This document shows positions 18,604-28,322 of a DNA stretch of 64,000 nt, in pieces. The DNA is taken from contig JBGAHS010000010.1 of assembly GCA_044226015.1 (NCBI GenBank), forward strand, positions 128,001 to 192,000, in the 5' to 3' direction. A program made the translations under genes and the position numbers. The notes beneath the pieces were generated by a model. It saw nothing but the letters and a program-made list of their open reading frames with translations. It was not told the origin of the DNA and did not search any database. Numbering within the stretch: the stretch's first letter is position 1; each line of letters opens with the position of its first letter. Origin of the DNA: Candidatus Obscuribacteraceae bacterium. GTDB taxonomy: Bacteria; Cyanobacteriota; Vampirovibrionia; Obscuribacterales; Obscuribacteraceae.

Positions 18604-19694
18604 GATAAAGCTCCCCACAATGAAAAGAAGATCACACCAAGTAAGACGAGAATTCCAAATGCCGTAGACATCTTAGAACGTGATTCGTCTGCTCCGGTGT
18701 CGTAAAGCGGAACCAGGATAAAGCCCAGTCCAACCAGCGCCATGAGTATGATGCCGAACAATTCACCCTCGATAGGTCCAACCATTGGAGGAATGAGCTT
18801 GAGGAATTGGAATGGGGCAAGGAAGTACCATTCTGGCTTAATTCCAAGCGGAGCAGCTCCGAATGGATCGGCTTCAGGTCCGATTCCCCATGGACATAAC
18901 ATAGTTAGAACGAATAGTACATTACAAGCAAATATCCAAACCAGAATGTCTTTGAAAACAAAATCTGGGAAGAATTTCTCGTACTTTTTCTTCTCGTCAG
19001 ATAGCTTTTTGAAGAATGCTGGTTCGGACATACCAAGCACCTGAATGAAAAGTAAATGTGCTCCCAGTATTGCCATTGTCACCAGCGGTAATACTGCGAC
19101 GTGAATCATGAAAAAGCGCGAGATAGTAGCCTGCGAGACCATATCTCCGCCTCTCAACATGTATGCGATAAGTCCACCAACTAGAGGGACCTTAGATGCT
19201 ACGTCGATACCAATCTTTGTTGCAAAGAAAGAAACGTCGTCCCATGGAAGGAGATAGCCAGTGAAACCAAATGCCAGGCATACAACAAGCATTACAAGCC
19301 CAGTCCACCAGGTGAACTCTCTTGGTGCTCTGTAGGCTTTCATAAAATAGGTGCTGAACAAGTGAACGATGACCACAGCGATCATCAAATTAGCACTCCA
19401 GCTATGTAGCGAGCGTATAAACCAACCAAAGTTGATTTGTGAGTTGATCTTTAGAATGCTCGCATGTGCCGAGTTGATTTCGGGGACGTAATAGACCATT
19501 AGTAGTACACCGGTTATTACTTGCACCGCGAACAAAATCGCCGCAATGCCTCCCATGTAGTACCAGACCGAATGCTTGTGGACCGGTACCTTTTTCTTCT
19601 CGGCTAAGTGTTGCAATTCTGCAATTGGCAGTCTTTCAGCCAGAAAGTTTTGCAGGAAATTGCCATTTCTCGATCGTGATGATTCTGATACCAC
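18600..19694 (-). CDS. Cytochrome b of a Rieske/cytochrome b complex (b and subunit IV in one chain)
   Basis: YYMGG, RSLHSWSAN...VH, FTGYLLPWD, second His pair, PEWY. Confidence 0.95.
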   Translation of the reverse strand: MVSESSRSRNGNFLQNFLAERLPIAELQHLAEKKKVPVHKHSVWYYMGGIAAILFAVQVITGVLLMVYYVPEINSAHASILKINSQINFGWFIRSLHSWSANLMIAVVIVHLFSTYFMKAYRAPREFTWWTGLVMLVVCLAFGFTGYLLPWDDVSFFATKIGIDVASKVPLVGGLIAYMLRGGDMVSQATISRFFMIHVAVLPLVTMAILGAHLLFIQVLGMSEPAFFKKLSDEKKKYEKFFPDFVFKDILVWIFACNVLFVLTMLCPWGIGPEADPFGAAPLGIKPEWYFLAPFQFLKLIPPMVGPIEGELFGIILMALVGLGFILVPLYDTGADESRSKMSTAFGILVLLGVIFFSLWGALS

Positions 19695-19696
19695 TT

Positions 19697-20236
19697 CTAT
19701 GCCCTCGAAACAATGATTTTGCCGTTAACCACTTCGGCTTTTAGTGCAGCCAGTGGTTTCGGCGGCGGTCCCGCTATGTTCTTTCCTGTATTCGGATCGT
19801 ACTCGCCGCCGTGACATGCGCAGTAAATTTTTTGCATATCATTGCGGAACTGAACCGTACAGCCTAAATGGGTGCAAATTGCATTGAATGCATGGAGTTG
19901 CCCATCATCTGTATGAATCAGCAATGCGGGGAACGAACCAAAGCGAAAGTTTCTGCCAGTTCCTTTTGGCAGTTCTTCCACCTTGCAAACTTCCAGGCTT
20001 GTAACGTTGGCTTTTCCGTCATTGTCGCCAGGTGGAGGATTCAGATAAGCCACGATGGGGGAGATCGTCAGTCCGCCCCAGGCAACAGCGCAAGTGGCAA
20101 AGCAGCCTTTGATGAATTTGCCTCTGTCCAGGCCTTCGTCATCGTCATGACCATTTGAACAAGCACCGCCACCGCATGAGCGTTCGCAGTTCTTGCTTGA
20201 GGCAAGATCTTCGTTTTCTGTCTGGGTCTTATCCAT
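19697..20236 (-). CDS. Rieske 2Fe-2S subunit
   Basis: CTHLGC and CACHGG boxes, GPPPKPL, N-terminal TM helix. Confidence 0.95.
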   Translation of the reverse strand: MDKTQTENEDLASSKNCERSCGGGACSNGHDDDEGLDRGKFIKGCFATCAVAWGGLTISPIVAYLNPPPGDNDGKANVTSLEVCKVEELPKGTGRNFRFGSFPALLIHTDDGQLHAFNAICTHLGCTVQFRNDMQKIYCACHGGEYDPNTGKNIAGPPPKPLAALKAEVVNGKIIVSRA

Positions 20237-21404
20237 GACTTACTTCTCCTAAAGTGGCAGCTGCTGTGAGTTCTGAGATTGGCTTCTGGTAGCTTCTTAG
20301 AACCAGAGCTGAGAGCCAGACCAGGTACCAGATTAGAGCCACTGTTGAAATGAGGAATACAGCAAGCAGATCCCATTGTGTTGAGACTGCCACTAAATCC
20401 GGTTTCACATGTGGGTTTAGGTGAAATAGACGTAGCTGGTGTCGGTTGACAATCATCGCCAGAATAATTAGTGCATTCGTGATCAGCGTGGCCAGAAATG
20501 CTTTGCCATTTCCATTTCCTGATGCGATAGTGCTAGTGCAAATCGCTACTAGAGTGAGAGCCATCGATAGTCCAAATACTGCAGTAGCGATTTGATCGCC
20601 TCCCATGAAGTTTGCTGCGAATTCAGGCGGCATAACTTTTAGGAACCAGAGCCCCACAGGAATTTGAATTACAGTAGAAATGAGGAATATTTTTGAGCCT
20701 GTTTTGATCATCCACTTTGAGAATTCTGCTTCCTTTTTCGCAATGTAGAGACCAAACATACCTAGAGTCATACCTGCGACGGCAAACGACGCGACGAAAA
20801 AGTGGAGATAACGAGGAATCAACGTGACCTCAGTAGAGTTCAAGTTCATTCCCTTCGCGCTATGTTGGTACATCGCTAGCCATTTTTCAGGATGCAACAT
20901 AAGCGTCATATTGTTAGAGAAAAGATATCCAACTAATGCAAAACCTACGCTCATGAATAAAAGGAGCATAGAAGCTCTGGCGGCTGTCTTTTCATTTTCT
21001 TGTCCCTTCAATGTGCGGTAGACCACAATGTAGGACAGGTAATAGGAAATCAATATGAGCAAGAGTACTGAGATCCAGGGTACTGCCATAATGATTGATG
21101 ATGTATAGAATGCAGGACCGTAAATTAGTTGCAAGAATAAGAGCGGAACAATGCCCTGCGTTATTGCAAATGAGATGAATAGCGGTAGCGATATAGCTAG
21201 CGCTTTAGCAGCTCGGTATGCATACGAGGTTTGATCTTTCTTTCCTAATGCAAACAGGGCGGTGGTTATAAATCCTCCGCCCAAAACAACATTCATCGGT
21301 AGTGCATGCAAGAAAAAGCCTAGAACCAGTAGCGTCTGCATCAGCCAAACAGGCAGTGGGAACGGTAGCGGTTGGTAGCTTGGGATTAAGTGCGCAAGAT
21401 CCAT
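20229..21404 (-). CDS. Second CydA-like polytopic membrane protein
   Basis: HALPMNVVLGGG, PRYLHFFVASFAVAG (CydA R.hH-like), about 9-10 TM helices; first gene of the operon and overlaps the Rieske start. Confidence 0.65.
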   Translation of the reverse strand: MDLAHLIPSYQPLPFPLPVWLMQTLLVLGFFLHALPMNVVLGGGFITTALFALGKKDQTSYAYRAAKALAISLPLFISFAITQGIVPLLFLQLIYGPAFYTSSIIMAVPWISVLLLILISYYLSYIVVYRTLKGQENEKTAARASMLLLFMSVGFALVGYLFSNNMTLMLHPEKWLAMYQHSAKGMNLNSTEVTLIPRYLHFFVASFAVAGMTLGMFGLYIAKKEAEFSKWMIKTGSKIFLISTVIQIPVGLWFLKVMPPEFAANFMGGDQIATAVFGLSMALTLVAICTSTIASGNGNGKAFLATLITNALIILAMIVNRHQLRLFHLNPHVKPDLVAVSTQWDLLAVFLISTVALIWYLVWLSALVLRSYQKPISELTAAATLGEVSHG

Positions 21405-21631
21405 TTATGCTTCCAGTTTGTTTGTTTTTTTGTTTGTGATTTCCAACATACGATTGGACAGCTCTAAAATCTCAAAATTCCAACTATTTGCCATCGTTCT
21501 AAGGGATACGGATTTAGGAAAATACATGATGCTCAAATGTATTGCGACACAAGGGCTTCTGGTCGCGTATTCTCGGGTTCATGTTTGGTCTTCTAATCCT
21601 TTAGATTGATCAAACATCCATCGGAATTATT

Positions 21632-21645
21632 TTGATCGAATTCAA
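21632..21645. promoter_or_regulatory. FNR/CRP-like box upstream of the respiratory operon
   Basis: TTGAT-CGAA-TTCAA, one mismatch to TTGAT-N4-ATCAA. Confidence 0.35.
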
Positions 21646-22200
21646 ATCATTCGCATTACCGATGGTGCGATAGCATTTTTCTTCTATGATGATCTCATAG
21701 AAAAGAACAGCGCCGCCAAGCAAAACCCTCTTAAGGGCTCATTAAATGGACGGCGCTGTTCTTCCTTTGGAATCAATTTTGGATCAAAATCGAATCAGCT
21801 TTCATTCAATTTTGATTTCGAAATTGGATAAGTTTGTCTGATTTGTTTTGCGAAAATTCTTTGAGCTTAACGTTAATTGGATTTTTGCAATCTAGCCGGA
21901 AAGGGCTCTATTGCTGCTTTTGCAACCAGTGCATGAACTTTGATCAAGGCTTTTGTATTTAGGACGAGTTTGTCCAATTTGTTTTTGAAAAATTGCTTTT
22001 TTCAACCAATCGAATGATCAATTGGCTGAAAGGAGAAGCCAATTGCCTACAAAATCCCCAAAATGAGCTGCTTTTCGAGTTTACTCAGTCCCGCAGAATT
22101 CTGGACAACTTTGTCCTTTTGTCGCCAATCTTCTCGCTCTCTTTCTGATTGTATGGAACTCAAAGAGCAAAAAGACTTTCACTTTTATGTGGCTTGCGCA

Positions 22201-22587
22201 TCATGCTTCGTACAGCTCAAGCGGCAAATCATCGGGATCGAAAAAGAATGCGAATTTCTTGTTGGTGTATTCATCAACTCTGACTGGCTCGACTCTTACA
22301 CTGTTTTTTTTCAAATGTTCAACGGTCGCTTCCACATCGCTCACAACGAATGCCAGATGCCTTAGACCTCTTGCTTCTGGATTGCTCACTCGCTGCGGTG
22401 GGTCGGGAAATGAAAATAGTTCGATCTGATTATTCTCTCCAACCTGCAAATCGAGTTTATATGACCGTCTCTCCTCACGATAATTTTCCGCGATTATCGG
22501 CAAGCCTAAAATTTGCGTGTAAAAGTGCTTAGACTTTGAGTAGTCCGAGCAAATTATTGCTACATGGTGAATTTGTTTTATTTGCAT
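22201..22587 (-). CDS. VOC/glyoxalase family protein (YaeR/GloA2-like)
   Basis: IHHVAIICSDY, SYKLDL, IELFSFP, GLRHLAF, DPDDLPLELYE. Confidence 0.92.
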   Translation of the reverse strand: MQIKQIHHVAIICSDYSKSKHFYTQILGLPIIAENYREERRSYKLDLQVGENNQIELFSFPDPPQRVSNPEARGLRHLAFVVSDVEATVEHLKKNSVRVEPVRVDEYTNKKFAFFFDPDDLPLELYEA

Positions 22588-22670
22588 TTGCACTTCGTTC
22601 CAAGAAAAAAGCAAAATGCTTGAATCCACCAAATGATGAATGCAAGCATCTTGCCCAAGATAACTAAGTT

Positions 22671-22859
22671 CTATTTCAAAAATTCAAAAGCTTCGTTGAG
22701 CTTCTTTTGAATTGCCGGGTTGGTTGCTTCGTTCATTCGCGAAACTGCTTCGAAGATTGCTTTCAAAGCACTCTCTGCTTTCATCAAGCGTTTTGAAATC
22801 TCATTATCCGTTTTATTTAATTGATCGAGATGATATTTCACATCGAGTTCTTCTGACAT
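22671..22859 (-). CDS. Small helical hypothetical protein
   Basis: 62-aa ORF with GGAGG RBS, coiled-coil-like. Confidence 0.6.
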   Translation of the reverse strand: MSEELDVKYHLDQLNKTDNEISKRLMKAESALKAIFEAVSRMNEATNPAIQKKLNEAFEFLK

Positions 22860-23089
22860 GTGGCCTCCGGACCTTTATGAAACTGGGCTTAGTATATCTT
22901 CTTTGTAACTATTGAATAGTGAGTGGAACGGGGTGGCACCCTGACTGTCCTGAATTGAATTCTTTCCACCAGAATGAACCTCTGGGCAGCTATCCATGGC
23001 GATGTTGCCAATGCGCTTCGGTCGAATCAAAATATTCCGCATAGCAAACAGCTGAATCTGATCTTTGCTGGTTGAAAAGCGACCCTGAA

Positions 23090-24595
23090 TTAGTTAACTG
23101 GCATTGTCGTAAAGACGAAATCACTCACCGGAGCCAATGCCCGCTCATAACTTTTGACTGATGCTAAAAGGGTTTTGACATCCTTCTTGTCAGAGTCTGT
23201 GTCTGGGTTCAGTTCCAATGCCTGATGAAGTGCAGCAGCTGCAGCATTCAACTTATTTGGGTCGCCTTTGTCTCTTTTGTACTCATGAAATAACGAGACG
23301 CCAAGAGTGTGCCAGAGCTTCCAGTCATCTGGACGGTAACTTATTGCGTGCACGCAACATAATTCGGCTGTGAAATAGTCACCTAGATCTGAACACGCAA
23401 TTGCCAGGTTGTGCCAGCAGCGACCATAGGTAGGGTACAGTTTAAGGGCATTCTGATAATGTGCAATCGCCGAAGTGTAATTGCTGTTTGTGAGGTCCTT
23501 ATTGCCAGCTTCATACTCTGGGACAGCGGAATTATAGGCATCTTCAGAGCCAATACCAGAATAACCACTTGGTGTCGATGGAAGCCCTTTATTAGCTGTT
23601 TCGAAATCCCTTATTGCTTCCTTGTACTTCGAAAGGTGCATGTAAGCCATTCCCCGGTCTCTGGAAGCTTCTCTATCACCAGGTTTTTGCTTCAATATGT
23701 CGTTATAAATTGAAAGGGAATTCTTCAAATCATCGACGATTTGTGCGCCAAGATTGTATTCAGGGTCTGGAATGATGTCGGCTAGAGTGGCTTTCTCTCC
23801 AATGTATTTGTCCAGTGCGAGTAAATCATTCGCATCATGAAACTTGATGGCGTTGTTGCAATCTTGCAGTGCCTCATCAAACTTGCCCAGTTTGTAGTAG
23901 CTCCAGGCTCTTCCTAACAAAGCTGGTCTGTAATCAGGATTTAACGCTATGGCTTGTGAGTAATCATCAACTGATTTTTGGAACTCGTTTGTGTTCTGAT
24001 ATGCTTCTGCTCGCCAATAGAAAGCTCGATCTATCTTTGGATTTGCTTTGATCGCGGCAGACAAATCTGTGATAGCTTCCGGGTATTTTTTCATTCCTTC
24101 ATATGCCGCACCTCTGAGGTAAAGTGCGTATGAAGAGTTTGCATCAAGTTGCAGCAGAGCATTTGCATCTGAAACAGCTTTGTCGAACTCTCGCATCTTG
24201 AGATAGGAACTTGAGCGCAATGCCAGGGCGCTTAATGCATTCGCATCAATCTTCAATGCTGCATCGAGGTTTGCTACAGCATCAGGAAACATGCCGTCTT
24301 CAAAATAGATCTTTCCTTTTAGAATTAGCGAACTAGCGTTTGACGGTTCTAGGCTAAGCGCTTGATTGAGGTCATCCACTGCTTCTTTTCTTAGCCCAAG
24401 CTCGCGCAGCGCTGCAGCTCGTCTCTGATAATTTTCCGAATTGGGTGTTGTTTTGATCTGGTCATTTAATTGTTGAACCAGTGGAGAGGTTCTGACTGGA
24501 AAACCCTGCATCATAACCTGATCTGCACAGACCGGCGTCGAGCTAACAAGTCCTATCAACGCGGACAATACGATGGTTGATTTAAGTTTTTGCAT
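23090..24595 (-). CDS. Secreted TPR-repeat protein
   Basis: Signal peptide and many TPR units (e.g. AFYWRAEAY...SVDDYSQAIALNPD). Confidence 0.88.
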   Translation of the reverse strand: MQKLKSTIVLSALIGLVSSTPVCADQVMMQGFPVRTSPLVQQLNDQIKTTPNSENYQRRAAALRELGLRKEAVDDLNQALSLEPSNASSLILKGKIYFEDGMFPDAVANLDAALKIDANALSALALRSSSYLKMREFDKAVSDANALLQLDANSSYALYLRGAAYEGMKKYPEAITDLSAAIKANPKIDRAFYWRAEAYQNTNEFQKSVDDYSQAIALNPDYRPALLGRAWSYYKLGKFDEALQDCNNAIKFHDANDLLALDKYIGEKATLADIIPDPEYNLGAQIVDDLKNSLSIYNDILKQKPGDREASRDRGMAYMHLSKYKEAIRDFETANKGLPSTPSGYSGIGSEDAYNSAVPEYEAGNKDLTNSNYTSAIAHYQNALKLYPTYGRCWHNLAIACSDLGDYFTAELCCVHAISYRPDDWKLWHTLGVSLFHEYKRDKGDPNKLNAAAAALHQALELNPDTDSDKKDVKTLLASVKSYERALAPVSDFVFTTMPVN

Positions 24596-24809
24596 CCGCA
24601 ACCTCTCAGCTCCTCTAATTGCCAATACTTACTCTGGAACATGAGATTATATAGCAATGCCGTGACTTTTTGCATGCCATAGATGTGACTGAGGTTATTA
24701 GCTAACGAGCGCTCAGCGCTGTAGGATGAGATTGTTCCCCTTTACTAAAGTACTTGAGCAGTTCAGCAGCCGCTGAAGTGACGCTTTTTGATGTTTCTTG
24801 AGGTGTGCA

Positions 24810-26492
24810 ATGAAGAAATCAGATTCTGACAGGCTTTCACGAATCTCCCAGTTGGAGAGAATGTATAAAGATGACTGCGAAGACCGCTATGACAGCTGCT
24901 ACGACGGACCGAGAGAGTACTCCAAATTTAGAAAAAAAGAGCCAAGATATAGTGTAATGTTTAGCATCCTGATTGGACTCAGCGGTGGCATGATGTTAGG
25001 CAATCTTTGTTCTGCTCATGAGTCAACATTCGAGCCTTTTGGAATGGCTATGGTATCACCAGCCTTTATTCCTGCAGGCAGCTCAGAAAGCCAGGTGCAT
25101 ACTTCCATGCAGAATGGCATTGTAAATGTCAGCGACTCTTTGATCACTGGAATTGTCGATAGCGAACACCAAACAGCTTCACTTTACTGGACTTTGAAAT
25201 TGAAGAACAACGAAGGGCAGGATAGAGAAGCTCGAATTTCGATTGACTTGCCAGAGGGGTCAGCAATATCTCGCGCAACTTTATGGATAAACGGGGTTCC
25301 ACAAGAAGCCACATTTGATGCTAAAGGTAAGGTAGAGGCTGCCTACGATTACATCGTTGTAAAACATCGAGACCCTCTCCTCGTTAAGCAGATTGGTCCA
25401 AATAAAGTTCAAGTTCTGGCGGCTCCAGTAAGCGCAAACGGCGGTGAAATGCAACTGCGAATTGGATTGACTGCTCCTGTAAATAAGGTCGACGGAGTGA
25501 CCAGCTTGCAAATGCCAAGCATAGCTGAATCGAATTTGCATTTCGATAAAAAGCAGAACATTCATCTTACTTCAAAAGATCCATTGAGCGGAACAGGTCA
25601 GGTGGAAAACACTGGTATTTACACGCTACGTGCTACCCTGCCTATCGAAGATATGAAAAACGCAAAAGTAAACGTGCCTGAGCAAAGTACGAGAGAATTT
25701 GCCACCAGGCTTACTCACACCAATCCTCCAGAGTATGTGGTGGCGAAACGAGTTGACGGTAGGCTAAGTCTCAAGCGTACTACTGCTCCCGATTGTCCCG
25801 TTGTCAAAGATGAGGACCTTGCTTTTCGTCTTTCGAACCTCTGGGCGCATCAAGAGATAGAATGGCAAGCTCAACAAGGCAACGTAAAACAAGCCTGTGA
25901 TCTAGCGAACATTTACCGAATCGTTTCCTCAGTTTCATCTGCGGCAGTTTTGGAACAAGAGTCCGACTATTCGCGATTCAATCTAAACCGCAATCGGTAT
26001 CAGAATATACAAAGTTCAGCAGACTCGACATCAGCTATATCAATGCCTTCCATTCCTTTCTTTGGTACAGCGCGATCGGCTGAATTGTTTGATTCCCAAT
26101 CAGATACCAATAGTTTATCAGCACCGGTGCAGAACACCGGAAACTACACTGGTTCACAGACTCAGTCTGGTGGAAGCTCAAGTCTTCCAGTGCTACAAGG
26201 TGCCACGAATGGAACTATTGGACCTCAGGGAGTTGATGCTACAGTGATTCAGGGCATGAATGCCAATGGCATTGTTCGAATCGATAACGGCGTTCAGCAA
26301 TATCGCTTACTGTCTCAAATTTTCCAATTCGCTTGTTATGCTCTTGCATTATTTTTCTGTAGCGAATTGGTGCGAAATAGGGCAGGTCAACTTTCGCAAA
26401 ACAAAGGCACCATTCTATGGATCGTTTCATTCACTGCAATGGGGCTGGGCTTGCCATCTCTGATCGCTTGTTTGTTGCATTTCTTCGCTTAA
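24810..26492 (+). CDS. VIT-domain membrane protein
   Basis: EARISIDLPEGSAISRATLWING...EA...AY.....RDPLL (VIT-like); N- and C-terminal TM segments. Confidence 0.75.
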   Translation: MKKSDSDRLSRISQLERMYKDDCEDRYDSCYDGPREYSKFRKKEPRYSVMFSILIGLSGGMMLGNLCSAHESTFEPFGMAMVSPAFIPAGSSESQVHTSMQNGIVNVSDSLITGIVDSEHQTASLYWTLKLKNNEGQDREARISIDLPEGSAISRATLWINGVPQEATFDAKGKVEAAYDYIVVKHRDPLLVKQIGPNKVQVLAAPVSANGGEMQLRIGLTAPVNKVDGVTSLQMPSIAESNLHFDKKQNIHLTSKDPLSGTGQVENTGIYTLRATLPIEDMKNAKVNVPEQSTREFATRLTHTNPPEYVVAKRVDGRLSLKRTTAPDCPVVKDEDLAFRLSNLWAHQEIEWQAQQGNVKQACDLANIYRIVSSVSSAAVLEQESDYSRFNLNRNRYQNIQSSADSTSAISMPSIPFFGTARSAELFDSQSDTNSLSAPVQNTGNYTGSQTQSGGSSSLPVLQGATNGTIGPQGVDATVIQGMNANGIVRIDNGVQQYRLLSQIFQFACYALALFFCSELVRNRAGQLSQNKGTILWIVSFTAMGLGLPSLIACLLHFFA

Positions 26493-26530
26493 GTAGTGGT
26501 GGTCTACATAGCGATTAAATGCTGCATAAA

Positions 26531-26561
26531 ATGATGAGTCCGCCTGCAGCGGACTCATCAT
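26531..26561. terminator. Bidirectional terminator hairpin
   Basis: atgatgagtccgc-ctgca-gcggactcatcat, 13-bp stem between convergent genes. Confidence 0.7.
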
Positions 26562-26621
26562 GCCTTTTAAAGCATCTATTTGAGGTCCCAGTAGTGCGAC
26601 ATATGAGGCTTTCTATTAAAA

Positions 26622-27485
26622 CTATTGCTTGAGCCCTGAAGGAACACCGTTAGGATAGCGCTCTGCGATAGCCTCCTTAATGTGCTCGATTCGATGCTCT
26701 GGGTTGGGATGTGTTGAGAAAAATTCCGGCGTCTTGCTGGAGCTAGATTTTTGCAAGATTTCCATCACGCGAATCATACTGTTAGGATCGTATCCCGCTT
26801 CAGATAAAAATCTTACACCTAGGCTGTCGGATTCAATTTCATCGTTCCGTCCGTACTTCATGTTAACTGCAGAGCCAATCATTGCTGCAACCGCTGCTGT
26901 CGCTCTGCTATTGTTGTTATCTGGATCGTATGTTGCGATTACTGCTGCACCAGTGAGTCCTTGCGTCAATTCCTGTTTCGCGATGTGTTGCGCCGAGTGG
27001 CGAGCAACTACATGTCCAACTTCGTGTCCGAGCACTCCCGCTAATTCACCTGTGCTGCCTAGCTTCTTGTACAACCCTTCGGTTATGAATATTTGTCCAC
27101 CGGGCAAAGCGAAGGCATTTATCGTTTGACTGTCTTTAAGCAAATGGAAATCAAATTTGTACGGTGTTTTCGCTGCTGAAGAGTGTGAAACTATGTAATT
27201 GCCAATCTCTGATACCTTTGATTGTCCGCCGGGGTCGTTTGCAGCTGTGCCACCATATTGCTCTGCCATTTGCGGAGCCGCTTGCAGACCTAGTGCGATT
27301 TCCTGGTTAGGACTCATACTCAGGTGCTGGTTCTTTTCCGTTATGGGGTTATATTCATTGTGACTGAGGAATCCGATTATTGAGAATGCGGCTACTCCAA
27401 GAGCAAGAAGTAGCTTTAGCCCAGGACCCGATCGACGCTCGCTGCCATAACGAATATCTTGTCTATCTGACAGTAGTATTCCCAT
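26622..27485 (-). CDS. M48 family Zn metallopeptidase
   Basis: NAFALPGG, HEVGH, E..SD, FFSTHP. Confidence 0.93.
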   Translation of the reverse strand: MGILLSDRQDIRYGSERRSGPGLKLLLALGVAAFSIIGFLSHNEYNPITEKNQHLSMSPNQEIALGLQAAPQMAEQYGGTAANDPGGQSKVSEIGNYIVSHSSAAKTPYKFDFHLLKDSQTINAFALPGGQIFITEGLYKKLGSTGELAGVLGHEVGHVVARHSAQHIAKQELTQGLTGAAVIATYDPDNNNSRATAAVAAMIGSAVNMKYGRNDEIESDSLGVRFLSEAGYDPNSMIRVMEILQKSSSSKTPEFFSTHPNPEHRIEHIKEAIAERYPNGVPSGLKQ

Positions 27486-27492
27486 CTTTACC

Positions 27493-28062
27493 TCAGTTTG
27501 GTTTTTCTCGATTGGTGTTCAAATAGTCCTTAGCATTCTCGAATAGTTCTTCGAGCGGGACATGATCTGTGGAGTCGTTTTTGTTTTTTAGCTGATCTTC
27601 AATTCGCTTTTCGCATTCTTCTGTAAGAATTCGCTGTGCACCTGAATTGCTGATGGCAGCATTTCTCTCACATGACCTGCTTACGTGGTTGAAGTCTTGC
27701 CAGAAATCATCCAGTTCATCTGGTTTATCCACTTGCTTGCTAGGGGGTGAATCCCAGATACGTTCAAAGTGAGCCAGCGAGATGTTCTTGCCTGCGGATT
27801 TAGCAACTGTGTCGTAGGGGTTATATACCAGTGGAGCGTTTTTGTTAGTTACCCCTTTGTTGCAAACAAACCAGTGGTTAAGAGCTGCATCTGTGACCAT
27901 TCTGTTGCGTTTTACATTCTCTACTGATTGGGCAGAGCGCCAGGTGTTGGTTCTTACAAGAGCATCAGCATCTGCTGTCGTTTGCTCTGTTTCTTTTGTT
28001 GCTTTGGAAGTACTAATGAGTTTTGGAAATACATCTATGATCTGCTGAAAAAGCCCTGTCAT
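27493..28062 (-). CDS. Hypothetical protein
   Basis: 189-aa ORF with GGAG RBS, 7 bp upstream of the M48 gene. Confidence 0.6.
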   Translation of the reverse strand: MTGLFQQIIDVFPKLISTSKATKETEQTTADADALVRTNTWRSAQSVENVKRNRMVTDAALNHWFVCNKGVTNKNAPLVYNPYDTVAKSAGKNISLAHFERIWDSPPSKQVDKPDELDDFWQDFNHVSRSCERNAAISNSGAQRILTEECEKRIEDQLKNKNDSTDHVPLEELFENAKDYLNTNREKPN

Positions 28063-28254
28063 GATTTGCTCTCCGCAATGAGATTGGTAAAATGAGCTAG
28101 ATGGGAAATCTAGTTCAACTGCGGTTTCCTGTATCTTTCTGTGGGATTCATGACGCCGTCCAGCTCAGCCGGTTCCGCAATTTTTGTAAGTTAATTTGCT
28201 GATTTTAGTGTTCGGAATTTGCCTCCTTCCATCCATTAATCAGATGAGGACAAA

Positions 28255-28286
28255 AGAAAGGGCTCCAACAATTGGAACCCTTTTCT
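28255..28286 (-). terminator. Rho-independent terminator
   Basis: aaagggctccaa-caa-ttggaaccctttt stem flanked by A/T tracts. Confidence 0.6.
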
Positions 28287-28322
28287 ATTTCTTGGAACCC
28301 GGGGGATTCGATTGAAATATAT

